Source of the DNA: Zootoca vivipara | Lineage: Eukaryota | Assembly (NCBI RefSeq): GCF_963506605.1 | Contig: NC_083278.1 | Location: forward strand, 35,154,001-35,218,000 | DNA: 64,000 bases | Reading direction: 5' to 3' | Part shown: positions 1 through 12,206 of the stretch, in pieces | Numbering within the stretch: position 1 is the first letter of the stretch | How the letters are laid out: each line of letters opens with the position of its first letter | Notes under the pieces: generated by a model | The model's input: only the letters and a program-made list of their open reading frames with translations | Database searches by the model: none | What the model was told of the DNA's origin: nothing | Made by a program: the position numbers and the translations under genes

Positions 1-1282
1 TTTGTAAAGCAAGTAATGTTTACTTCATGCCGCCCTTTTCAGGGTAATCACTCTTGCCAAAGCTTGAGATCCTGCAAACAGTTAAGCAGCTTAGATCCCA
101 TTTGAGTCACTGAGATATAATCAGCACACGTCTGTGCAGAATTGCAACCAAAGGCAATAGATCTTTTCCAAACAGTCCCCATATGGACAAAGCCATCCAT
201 TTTATAGAGGCACCTATCTGGGCCACATATGTCTACTTGCTACCCAGAGGGGACATATTAACCCCTGAGGGCTCAGATGCAGAAAAGGCATTACAGTGAT
301 ATAATGCAAACTGAACTATATGTGGAAACCAGAGTGACAAATGGCTATGCAGCAAACATCTAAATGAGGAAACATCTGTGCAGTAGAGAGATAATTAGAG
401 TTAGTGTGTTCTGTAGAGAAATGGAAGGCTTGTTATGTGATTAATGAAATAACACAGTAGGGATGCAGCAAATATAAATAGTTCAATACATCCAAATCAG
501 AGCATCTCAGACATGAAATTACAGTGGCCCATTTTGTGCTGATGCAGTTTATCTAAAGGCCAATAACCAAAATAGCATCTCTCAAATAATGGTTGAGCAG
601 CTCACAGTCGTCCCTGCCACATTTACTGTACAATGATTATGTATAAAAATAAGACTTGCATGGGTTATTCAGCATATGAATTAAATATGCAATCAGCAAA
701 TGCTCAAGGCCCCTCACCCACTTGCAAAGGCAAGGGTCATGGAGATGAATTAATTCAATGATGATAACCTTCAAAATACATAAATAGGAAAACTGAAGAT
801 GCTAAGGTATAATGAATGGGATGGAGTGTGCAATATTTAGGATTGCAAACTCTTTAATTTGCCCCTCTCCTGTGGTTTTAGCACAGCAGCTTGACATGCA
901 GAAAGGAAGCAGGTGAAGGATTTCCTATTGTGACCAGGAGAGCGTTACCTGCTTCACTCTATGTTTCAGGCAGCTGTTAAAGCCGAGCAGCAGGATCAGT
1001 AAAACAAAAAACCTGCAACATTTCTGGATGCAGATGTGCACATGTTAATATACGATATTTTTAGCATCTACCGCATGCTGCTTTCAGAGGCCATTTGAGA
1101 GGCGGCTTTGGGGGCAGAAGAGCATCCTATAACTGTCCAAATAAAAAAAGTCACTCAAACCCTTCTGAAATCTGGAAGCTTCAGCCCAAGCAAAAAAGTT
1201 CCAAGGACAGAAATCAAGAGGTTAAAAGCTTAGGTAGCTGTGGACTTCTGCAAAGTTATTTAGTAGGAAGATCCATTTGATG

Positions 1283-1412
1283 GTATGGGACAAGTGGGGA
1301 ACCTATGGCCTTCCAAGTGTTGCTGGACTTCCAACTCTCATCAGTCAAGGGTCAAGGGTGATGGGAGCTGTCATCCAGCAACATCTGGAGGATCACAGGT
1401 TCCCCACACCTG
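1283..1412. mobile_element. Short palindromic hAT-like MITE (GGGAACCT...AGGTTCCCC family)
   Basis: Inverted ends GTGGGGAACCT / AGGTTCCCCAC with an internal CAACTCTCATC / GATGGGAG palindrome. Related copies occur at 6143, 47734 and 61503. Confidence 0.6.
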
Positions 1413-3203
1413 GTATAAAAAATTAGTTCCCCCCTCAATTAGTGACAACATATTGACACCTCTACTTGGCTTCTTGTTTCCTTTCCCCCATAATTGCTGC
1501 ACATAAATTTTATTGGTTAAACTGCCCAGATGACTTGCAATGGAATCTCTTTATCAATATGCTAGGAAGGTTTATACAACGGGCTCATGTACCATTTTAC
1601 TATTATTCTTGTGTATATATTCCTAGCAAGGTTCCATTTCACCATTCTCCTGCGTGCACCGTTAACAGTGAAGTGCACTTCTTATTCACATGGGGTAATT
1701 GTCTTCCAGGCAATGTTTTGAAAGCTATGAAACACTCTTGTTTACCTCACAGGTGGACCAAGTGTCAATGAGAAAGCTTACATATCTTTTTAGTGTCTCA
1801 TGGGCAACAGCCGCAACCTTATTCTCACTTCTAAATTTAGAGTTGGGGAAAGTGTTAACAACTGGCTTGAAGTGCTTTGAGACTTCGGAGGCTGAGTGTG
1901 CAAGCTGTGTGTGATATGCATGTGGTCTTCATCCAAGAGAGTGCCTTTTCAAGGCAATGTGAAATTACAGCATTCAAGTATATGCATATCTATTAGGGAC
2001 AGGGAAACTCAAGCCTGGGGCCATAGGTGGTCATCCAGGCCTCTTTATATGGGGCTATGTCATGCCTCCTGTGCAGCCACATCCCCAAGCTATATCCCTC
2101 ACTCACTCACTTGCATCCTGCTTGAGGCTTTTTGCCAGTCTCAGATGTTTTGTGTGTGGCCCACTATATAAAGGTCAAATTTGCATTTCTCTGGCTCCAC
2201 CCACTACTGGCATGTGTACAAGTATGTGTCCAAACCTACACATGTCTCTGGCACTCATGTGTATTCATACACACACTACAAAGAGGTTTGGCATCTTTTG
2301 CAAGAGTTTTCATGTGCTATTCATAATATTTATGAATATGTGTTCACGCTTGCCCACAAGAAATTCCCACACACAAAAAATAAAGAAAGCTTGGCTTATT
2401 ATGTGAAACAAAAGCAACACAACTCTACAATGCTAAGAGTATATAAATGCTGCTTCAGACAGCAAAACTGCAATTTATCTGGGCATCCCTGCTACACTTT
2501 GCTAGCAAACAGGCACATGTTAAAACCCAGCTGCAAGAACAGTCTTCATGTGAGTTTTCACCATGGGGTGCCTTCCCAGAAGCCACCGCTTAGTGAGGAG
2601 ACAGTGATATGGATTGGTAACACTTTCCCTTTCCTCAAGTTTCTGAGTATTAGGATTCCTACTTTCTCACCAATCCTTGCCCTGATAGTATGTGTGTCTG
2701 AAATTGCAGCCATAGATAACAGCACTGGGGAGAAGCTATTAAAATTGATTGTTGATGTGAGAAAACTATTTCAGTCTTTCAGGAAACAGAAGCACCTGGA
2801 GAAACATATAAACGTGCCATCATTTTTACTGGTGGATAAAACAGTGAAGAAAATCTAGTGTCTGTTTCAGGTGGCTGTGATTGAATATATTAAGCAACAA
2901 ATATTAGCTTCAAATTTGCCTGTTGGTTCTTACCATCAGCAACCCTTCACACCAAAAGATTGGAAGTGGGGAGGGGGAACTGGTGCAAACCACAGTTTAA
3001 AGGAGGCAATGCTTATTCACACAACCATTTAATGTCTGCTCCCACAGATCCAGTGTATCCTATGGGAGGGAGTTCCATAGTTGAACAATGCACTTGGTGA
3101 AGAAATATTTTCTTTTGTCTGTATGCCAGTCCACTGACTTTCAAATACAGGCTGCCCTCTATTCTTGCCATACTGAACTAGTCACAAGAGTGAGATAACA
3201 TGT

Positions 3204-3449
3204 CCAGGGCTGGCTCAATACATTTTGCTCCCTTGTGTGAAATGTAGGGTGACACATCTCTCATTGCAGGTCCAAAAGCTGACCAAACAGACAGTTGAAT
3301 CCTACTTCTGCATTGGTGAAGGAACAGTATTTTCCTTTACACCTGAGTGCGGCAGGCTAGCTTAGGGGTTGCAGGTCCACTCCCCACCTCTCAGCATCTG
3401 CCTCCTGAGGCAACCTCCTCACTCGGCCTCATGGTAGGACCGGCCCTGG
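3204..3449. mobile_element. Non-autonomous DNA transposon with CCAGGGC(T/C)GG TIRs (hAT-like); second copy at ~11301-11546
   Basis: Terminal inverted repeat CCAGGGCTGG ... CCGGCCCTGG. Confidence 0.5.
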
Positions 3450-4058
3450 TCTAATCCATGTTGCCTGAAAAAGTTTAACTCACGCTGAAAACACTCGAAG
3501 GGTGTGTGAATCAGGCAGCAGCTCTGGGAATATAAAAGAGGGCTCACAGGAAATTCCCAGCAGTAGTGCAAGACAAGCTTAAGTCAAAGCACCAGGTGTG
3601 TGCAAACAGCCTATGCATTTTTGCAGGTTGTATGGAATAGTCCACATTTCCCACTTCCTCGCCATCTTAATTTATCTCCCCTGCTTCCCCCCCCCCCCGA
3701 GCCTCTCTCTGCCCTCTCATTAACTTGATTCTTGGAACCCCGCCACACTAAAATGCCAAATTGGTGTTGCAGCTCCAAAGAGTACCTAGAATTTATATTC
3801 TAGACACATGTTTCTCCCCACCTCCTTACTACTGGCACAAAAATGTCCAGTTATGGCTGCTGCTCCTTCTCATTGCTACTGAACTCTTGAGTCAGCTCCT
3901 CCACCTCTGTGACCTGAAGACTAAGGCCCTCTTGCCCCGTCCTCTCACACAAGCTGCAAGGCAGCATGCTAAGTATACATAACAAGGCAGTGCCCTCCTC
4001 TTTGAAGGAGACTGACCTCAGAGAGGCTGCCGTGAATGTATTGCTGCTGCTCAGAGAA

Positions 4059-4061
<3 letters not shown>

Positions 4062-4104
<43 letters not shown>
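4062..4104. repeat. (TG)n microsatellite; duplicate at ~12161-12203
   Basis: Direct read. Confidence 0.95.
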
Positions 4105-4107
<3 letters not shown>

Positions 4108-6142
4108 CAAAAGTTTCCTTACTTCATACTGCTTGCTCTCCCCCCCCCCCCTTTAAGATCTAGCCTTCTTTTATTACCTAACACGGACTCTTCGTTCAGT
4201 GAAACCATTGAGCTATGTGAAATGCGCTTATGATCTTCGCCTTGTAAATCCGCAAAAATGAAAACTACAGCAGACGTGCCAGTTTAACACGGAGGCACTT
4301 AGTATTCTTTGGTGCTGTTTTGTTTTCTCTCTTTCTGCCGGCAATCCCCACAGCGAGCCAACTGGTTCGCACGCTTCTTAACATTCACCATGTGGGTCCC
4401 AAGCAAATAATCTTCCTTGGCATCATATCATCTCTCTTCCTGACTCCTGTGTAACTTTGCCATTGTCCTGAAAGAGAGTGTAACATCTAGGCAACTTAGC
4501 ATTCATGATCGATGCTCTCAAGCCTGGAGCGCCCCGAACAAGGTTAAGCGGTGGCAAAATCCCATCACAAAATTCAATCATCTGTACTGAAGAGAAGTAT
4601 TTTATGGGGGAGGGGGTAAGATAAAGTTGCAAGGTGATGAATATTTCCTGGGAAAAAAGGGTTAAATGTTCTTCGTTTGCCACTAACTTTATGGGCAGGT
4701 AAGGGCACAAGAAGAGTCCTGCTGGAGTAGACTGAAAGCTCATTTAGCCTAGCTTTCAGCATTCCAAGTGCCTCTGGGAAACTCAAAAGCAAGACATGTG
4801 GGACTTGTGCACACTAGGAATCCTCCACTAGTGTCCCCTGGCAAACGGTATCCAAGAGGCTGAGACCAAGTAAGGTTATTTCTTCTAAAGAGTTAGCCTG
4901 CCCATAGTTACCTATGTGTTGGTAACCTCAAGGCAGGATTAGGCTTTCCATGGGACTGTCCAATGAGGCTTATTCCCACGCAGGTAGGTATAGGATTGCA
5001 GCTTTAATGTAACAACTGGGAGCACAATTCCGCCAGATGTAAAGATTCAAACACCTTTAGCTCCCATTGATTTCGATTAAACACATATTTAAACCTCTCC
5101 TTTTAAATTCTTGGGACTTGAAAGCACTTGCTGAATCATGCCCCTGGTTTGTTATTGAGTGTTTTGTTCTGGTCTCTTCCCCCTGCCCCCCCCCAAAAAA
5201 CCTCAGGGCCATATATCTTTTTATCCCCATCACCCTGTATTAGGTCATCTCAATATTTTAAATTGTCTTGGTCCACCCCTGTGAAGCCATTTGGATAGAT
5301 TAACTTGCACACGGGGTCCCCCCCCCTTACTGGAATTCCTGCCCTCTAAATGGAAATTCCAATGAATAGCAGCAGACAGCTCTTCTAAAAAAAAGTTCCT
5401 GCCCTTTCGGAGCACGATGGCTGGCATTTTAAAGTCCCAGGGTTGTGGACTCTGCTGTATAAATAAAATCAATGCACTCCATATATTTGATCAGTCATGA
5501 CACTGGAACAGGACACACTGTGCTGCCTTTGGGAGAAAGGAAGGGAAGCAGTTGCACCTGTCACAACTTTTCATAAGGAATGCACTGTTGTGTAATTCTT
5601 CAGCTCAGGCAATTTAACATAGTTTTAGCTGCTTGTCATAACTTTCCCCCCTAAGTGTGAATGAAATGCTACACTATTCTCAAATGGCCTAATTTAACAT
5701 GCTGTGTTATGGCAGGTCTGTATTCATCTTTGATTAGGTGTTTGTTGGTGGTGCTTTATTTATACAGCACCAGACAATATATAAGATATATTGCACAGGA
5801 GTGCAGATGAAAATATTTCACTAAACGCATGCATGTGGCATCTCCTGTACCTCCCAACTTGATCAAGGTTTGCTCTGGTCACTTCTGAGGATGACGGATG
5901 TTGTGGATTGTTCCATGCCGATAGGAAATGAATGTTAAGACTCTAGCCTCTATTCAGACAGTGAACAATGCTTTGAGGATGTGGTGCACAATTTAAAGCT
6001 TTTTCAGAATCCCAGTGGCTGAACTTTCAGTGCACCTAAGAACAAAAAGAAAGCAGATCCCACTCTTCCAAATAACTCATGCATGTTATTTTGAAGATAG
6101 AAAACTGCCTAGTACCAGATCAAGCTCCTTAATGATCTAACC

Positions 6143-6279
6143 TAGGGATCAGGAACCCATGGGACTCCAAATATAGCTGGACTTCTGCTGCTGTCATGCC
6201 TGACCATGGACTATCATGTCTGAAACTGATGGGAGTTGGAGTCCAAGATTACCTGGAGGGCATCAGGTTCCCCACTGCT
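6143..6279. mobile_element. hAT-like MITE, diverged; duplicate at ~14241-14377
   Basis: GGAACC...GATGGGAGTTGGAGTCCA...CTGGAGGGC...AGGTTCCCC, same family as 1283. Confidence 0.5.
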
Positions 6280-7031
6280 GACCTAACTGAATAATGCCTA
6301 CTGTGGAAACGGTTTTCTAGGGTCTCTTCAGGCAGGGACACTATCACTTGCTGCCTGGCCATTTAAATGGAGATGCCAGGTACTAAACCTGCCTACAAGC
6401 CCTTATTTATTAGTCAACTGTAGCCCCTCCCAATTGATGTATAACTGCTGTTACGTAAAGAGAACATTCAGTGAGGAGAGATGAAGTTATAATGGAGTGA
6501 TTGAGCACCACTGGATTGGTAATCATTTATCTATTTTATGGCTTCCTAATGGCTATATGCTCCTCAATGTGGGTAGGGCACACATCTAATAACCACCTGT
6601 CATCATATGATACCAAGTGATTCCAAGTTCAAACCTCTAGGAGAAGGCACAAGCTTATCTCCTGCAGCCCCACAGTGATAAGTCTAGAGATAAGCTTCTG
6701 CTTGCCCTTTAAAAGGTAGCAGGCCAAGGCTTATCACTGATCTTAGCGCTGTGGGACCACAGTGCTGAGATCATAAACCTCTTTTACCATCAAAAAGCAA
6801 GCAGCCACACATACGGTAGTGCTCAGATCAGGTGACTGGCAGGTGTGTCTGGTGTGTCCAAAATGGCCTCACAGGTAAGATTCAGTAGCCTGGCAGGTTT
6901 AAATAGGCATACAGGACAGATGTTCCCATTACTGTGTTAGATGAAAATGATAAATAAATAGAGCTGTGTGCTATCAGCACATTTACAGCAACACAATCTA
7001 AATCCAAGGATGATCTTTTCCAGTGGTTGTA

Positions 7032-8039
7032 TTAGATGTTAAATAAAAAGAAAACTGATTTGCATAAAATGAAAGTGTGCAAATTGATATGTATAGATGC
7101 AAATTTAGGAATAGTAACTGTTAATTTAAATAAAAATATAATACATCCGGGAAGACTGTGCCCAGACGATCTGTTCAGTCCGCTAACCAGATGCTGTTGA
7201 TAGGCAAATTCAAGCCTCCTCTTTCTATCCCTTCTTATGGTCCTTTTAAACCATATTTGGAGCACAAAGCCCTTCATATAGAGAATTGTTCTTTGCAAAA
7301 TAGGGCACTTGACTGAAACGAATATCTCAGGAAGCAGTCCTCTAATAAACAGTAATCTAATATCCAATTTTCTGTCTTTGAGTGCCTGAAAGGATACAGC
7401 ATTTGCAGGTAACAACAGGTCTGTGCATAAATCCATCACTTCCATATTCTTCCCTAGATCTCCACTTCCTTGGGCTGCAAGATAAGCCATCAGGCAGTAT
7501 TTCTGAAGCAATTTATAGTTAAGTAATTTAAATTTCACAGCTTTGGAAGCCATAAAGTGAGACTTTTCGCTCATTGCAGCTGCCCCAGTGGGATGGTGAA
7601 GTGCTCTAGCAGTTTCAAGGGAAGATTCAGATTTGATCTCAAGATTTGTCTCCAAAACTCCAGGAGAATCCCTCTCAGCATTTTCCATTAGTCCTAGGAA
7701 TATCTATTAAAACTCCTTTTTACTGTTTTCTGAGGTTTCTATTTCTTAGCAAAGGACTAGATTGCCCTTCATTCAAATTCCCCTTTGAGCCTTTGAGCTA
7801 TCAAGCTGGGCTTTTTAAGGTACTGATTCAGGGGCCTCCCCCCCCCCAATGTTTTCCATTTTCCCTTTAAGCTTAACTCCCAGAGGGGCAAGTTTCTGTT
7901 CTAACGGCATACAGAGTAGAGTTGAAAGGCACCTCTCCTTCTGCAGCATCCAGTCTTCAATGTCCCCTTGGATTATCTTTAGAGTTTGCCACCTTGCTCC
8001 TATAGAGGCCATTGTTTGGCGGGGGGGGGGGATAAGCAA
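7032..8039 (-). pseudogene. Decayed ORF, possibly a LINE ORF1 relic; duplicate at 15130-16137
   Basis: ORFs 8039-7815 and 7688-7032 share a frame (starts 351 nt apart) and are separated by five stops. The segment MKGFVLQIWFKRTIRRDRKRRLEF loosely resembles the L1 ORF1p RRM-CTD linker. Confidence 0.3.
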
Positions 8040-8499
8040 GCCCTTCCCAAGCCATCGCTAACTTCACTCTGTGTCTATCTCATTCTTTACACAAGAAGAT
8101 ATGGTGTGATAAGAAGCATATTCATGGATTTAAGGTTCTTCTCTGGGCTTATGTTCAATGTGATATTAAACTACGTTTACAAGGCTGGATCAGATTATAC
8201 ATCTCCTAGATTGGGTCAATAACAGATGTTACAAACATGTAACATTCAAATATGACCCATGAGTGTAAAATCTAAGGTACTTAGGCCCTGGTTATCCAGT
8301 TAAAGTGTTGGCATTTCTACCTAGGGGTAGGGTGGAGGGAAGGATAGTACCATCCTGAGGATGGAATACTGAGGCAGTCCTGCAGTCAGGCCCAGTGTGA
8401 GGAATCTTTGGTTCTCCTAATGTTGCCATCTTGAACTACAATTCCCATCACCCCTGGTTATTGGCCGTGCTTGCTTGGGGTAATGGGAAGTGAACCAAA

Positions 8500-8867
8500 C
8501 AGGACCTTCCAATCATCATCTGAGGCCCTTCTTTGTGTGCCTTCTCCACGAAAGGTTGAGAGGATGGCAACACGAGATGGGGCCTTTTCTTTGGTGGCTC
8601 CCCGTTTGTGGAATGCTCTCCCCAGGGAGGCTCACCTGGCATCTTCATTAAATATCTTCAGTCACCTGGCAAGACCATTCCTCTTCTCCCAGGCATTCAG
8701 CCAATTAAAAAATCCATGGCTGTTTTAACTGTGTTTGTGGCAGGAGGGGGGGGCGGTATTGTTTTTGTTTGTTACTATGTATTTTTGTGTTTTTATATTG
8801 CTAATTGCTCTGTGATCCTCGGATGTAAGAAGGGGGTAAATAAAGTTAAATAAATAAATAAAAAATA
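8500..8867 (+). mobile_element. L2 LINE 3' fragment with (TAAA)n tail; duplicate at 16598-16965
   Basis: Encodes the L2 ORF2 C-terminal motif AFSLVAPRLWNALP. It interrupts a small hAT-like MITE (ACTACAATTCCCATC...CAACATCTG). Confidence 0.8.
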
Positions 8868-11096
8868 GATCTGCAACATCTGTAGAGCCAAAGTTTCCTG
8901 ACATTTGAGCTACACTGTAGAATGGACATGGGAAAAGATCGACCAATTAATAGCGCTTGATTCTTGCACCACCATTGGTTGGTTCCCCCCCCCCCCCCAG
9001 GCTTGTCTGTCTGCGTTGACACTGGACATTCAACGGAATTATGGGTCTCACACTAAGCAAATTTATTTGTTTAGTTCATTTGTGCATCTCTGCTTTCCCA
9101 GCGAGTTCCCCCCAATTCATCATCAACAGAACTCAGTGAAGTTGGGTCTGCCTGGTGGGTTGTGACTGACCCAAGCTCCCTACAGCAAAATTCATTGAGG
9201 AGTAAGTGTCGTGTCCGCTATCCACTGCACTCACCTTGGCTCTGTAATTGGCCGATCACTGCCAGAATTTTTTGACAGATGTTTACAGATAACCTTTCAA
9301 ACATGCTGAACCCTAGGAATTTCGTGGTGGCCCGTGCATTCCCCAAGGAACATGCCTAACCTTGCAATAAAAAGGATAAGAAAACCCCAGTGTAGGATCT
9401 AGAATAGAGAGGCGCATTATAAGCAGACTATTAAAGATGCCTCAAGGGAGTGTTGTTCTGCAATAAGCTGTGATTGCATGATGCTAACCTGAGAGGCGTA
9501 TAAGCCAATTAATGTAATTATAATAAACCTTTGCAGAGGTTTGTTTGCTTCTTCTTCAGTACTCAGCAGCCCCCCTGAAGGATGCGAAGGGTTGTGTTTT
9601 TCTGCTGAGAGTCAACCTCCTCCCTACCTCTGTTATCAGATGCAGCCCACATTCTCCTCTCCAGAACAAAAAGGAAAATGTATCCTTTTGTTTTAATGAG
9701 CTTCCCCACCCCGCCCCCACACCAAGTGGCTGACACTCTAATTTGCCTTCAACACTTCATGCCTTCCTGCAACAATGGAAAGTGATTTCTTTCCTAATTA
9801 ACAAATTGAGCTTATTATTAACCTGACTATTCCATTTTCAGTGTTATTCTATCGTGGACATGGAATTGTGTTTCCATGGTCCTGGTAAAGGGGCATTTCC
9901 TGACCGGCAGGGTGATCCATTGATGTTGCTTCATAAATTGGACTGAGCCTTTTGGTGTATCATCTAGAAAACATAAGTCATTGTTTTGTTTCCTGCAGTT
10001 TCAAAATTGGAAGAAGCATTATTTTATCTGATACAAAATAAATTGCGGTGGTGGTGGTGGTGGTGGTTGTAAACATTTTTCCTGATTGGGGAAAATACTC
10101 TGTCCCAGCTGTTTGAGAACAAAACTATAGTTGTCTCCTCCTCCTCCTCCCTCCCTCCCTTCTCTCTCTCTCTCTTTCTCTCTCTGTGTGTGTCACACTA
10201 AAGTCAGAAAGGAAATACTTTCACTTGCTTTCCAGGAAAGTAACCGCATTAGTCTGTTGCTCCAAAAATGAACCAGTAATGCTCTCTATATTTATTTATA
10301 TATTCACTGTACAGTATTTATATGCCACAGTTCAGCCATGGTACCTAAAGAACTTTACAATTTTTAAAAAACAGAAAACAAATAAATGGAATAACATGCA
10401 AAGTCAACAGAGTCCTCCTAAGTCCCTTGGGTGCCTGTGGTATGTGCATTCCGGGCTGGGCTTCCTTCCTTCTCTGCAAAATACATTTATTCATGTGTGT
10501 AGCTCACCTGCAGGATGGACTCTTACCCACTTGCTCATTCCTACAGCTCCCATGACTACACATACTTATATGTTAGTGGAAGCAGTAGCAGTCTTTCTGG
10601 CCATCTCGTGGCTTCCATCTTCATGACGCTGCATGAACTCACTCCTCAACTAATGTTAAGGTCTTTGCCTGGCATATCTGTAGCCCTTCTGCAGGTTTTG
10701 TTTGGTCTTTGGGGTGCCTCTCTCCTTTGGAATATGTATCTTGGACCCTGACAGCAGCCAGAGTCATGATAACAAGTAACTTTAAATAAAGCAGTGCTTT
10801 GGACAGGCTTAAGCATGCAAGTGCATTTACTGCTTTTTCAAACCCCACAGTGTTTGGTTTTTATACTCCCTGGTAGACCATAAGCAAGGTGCAGAGAAAT
10901 CCCTGGTGCGTATCACAGAATGTCTCAGCCAAGTAGCTAATCCTAAATCTTAAGGATGTCACACCTAAATGTCTTAATTCTCCCATATTTAAACTGACAT
11001 GAATCTCTGGTATCCACTGAAATGGATAACATCCAAATCTGAAAGCAGTGAGTACGTCAGTCAAGAGGAAAGCCGGGCGCAGCATCTCTTCCATAC

Positions 11097-12157
11097 AAGG
11101 AGGCAATGCTTATTCACACAACCATTTAATGTCTGCTCCCACAGATCCAGTGTATCCTATGGGAGGGAGTTCCATAGTTGAACAATGCACTTGGTGAAGA
11201 AATATTTTCTTTTGTCTGTATGCCAGTCCACTGACTTTCAAATACAGGCTGCCCTCTATTCTTGCCATACTGAACTAGTCACAAGAGTGAGATAACATGT
11301 CCAGGGCTGGCTCAATACATTTTGCTCCCTTGTGTGAAATGTAGGGTGACACATCTCTCATTGCAGGTCCAAAAGCTGACCAAACAGACAGTTGAATCCT
11401 ACTTCTGCATTGGTGAAGGAACAGTATTTTCCTTTACACCTGAGTGCGGCAGGCTAGCTTAGGGGTTGCAGGTCCACTCCCCACCTCTCAGCATCTGCCT
11501 CCTGAGGCAACCTCCTCACTCGGCCTCATGGTAGGACCGGCCCTGGTCTAATCCATGTTGCCTGAAAAAGTTTAACTCACGCTGAAAACACTCGAAGGGT
11601 GTGTGAATCAGGCAGCAGCTCTGGGAATATAAAAGAGGGCTCACAGGAAATTCCCAGCAGTAGTGCAAGACAAGCTTAAGTCAAAGCACCAGGTGTGTGC
11701 AAACAGCCTATGCATTTTTGCAGGTTGTATGGAATAGTCCACATTTCCCACTTCCTCGCCATCTTAATTTATCTCCCCTGCTTCCCCCCCCCCCCCCGAG
11801 CCTCTCTCTGCCCTCTCATTAACTTGATTCTTGGAACCCCGCCACACTAAAATGCCAAATTGGTGTTGCAGCTCCAAAGAGTACCTAGAATTTATATTCT
11901 AGACACATGTTTCTCCCCACCTCCTTACTACTGGCACAAAAATGTCCAGTTATGGCTGCTGCTCCTTCTCATTGCTACTGAACTCTTGAGTCAGCTCCTC
12001 CACCTCTGTGACCTGAAGACTAAGGCCCTCTTGCCCCGTCCTCTCACACAAGCTGCAAGGCAGCATGCTAAGTATACATAACAAGGCAGTGCCCTCCTCT
12101 TTGAAGGAGACTGACCTCAGAGAGGCTGCCGTGAATGTATTGCTGCTGCTCAGAGAA

Positions 12158-12206
<49 letters not shown>

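Larger units (their letters stand above)
3000..11089 (+). repeat. Tandem segmental duplication, copy 1 (~8.09 kb)
   Basis: Starts AAGGAGGCAATGCTTATTCAC at 3000 and ends GGGCGCAGCATCTCT at 11089. The ORF track repeats at an offset of 8097-8099. Confidence 0.97.

Noticed and set aside
2181-2858. 225-aa ORF, the longest in the track
   Set aside because: It starts at TTG, has no recognisable domain, shows random-looking His/Tyr/Cys-rich composition and has no clear splice context. It is probably a chance ORF.
4274-4299. Small hairpin GTGCC...GGCAC considered as a miRNA or snoRNA
   Set aside because: The stem is far too short for a pre-miRNA and I recognise no mature sequence or box motifs.
10186-10626. 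146-aa ORF (duplicated at 18284)
   Set aside because: It starts at GTG in a microsatellite edge, runs through AT-rich repeat-tail-like sequence and has no recognisable homology.
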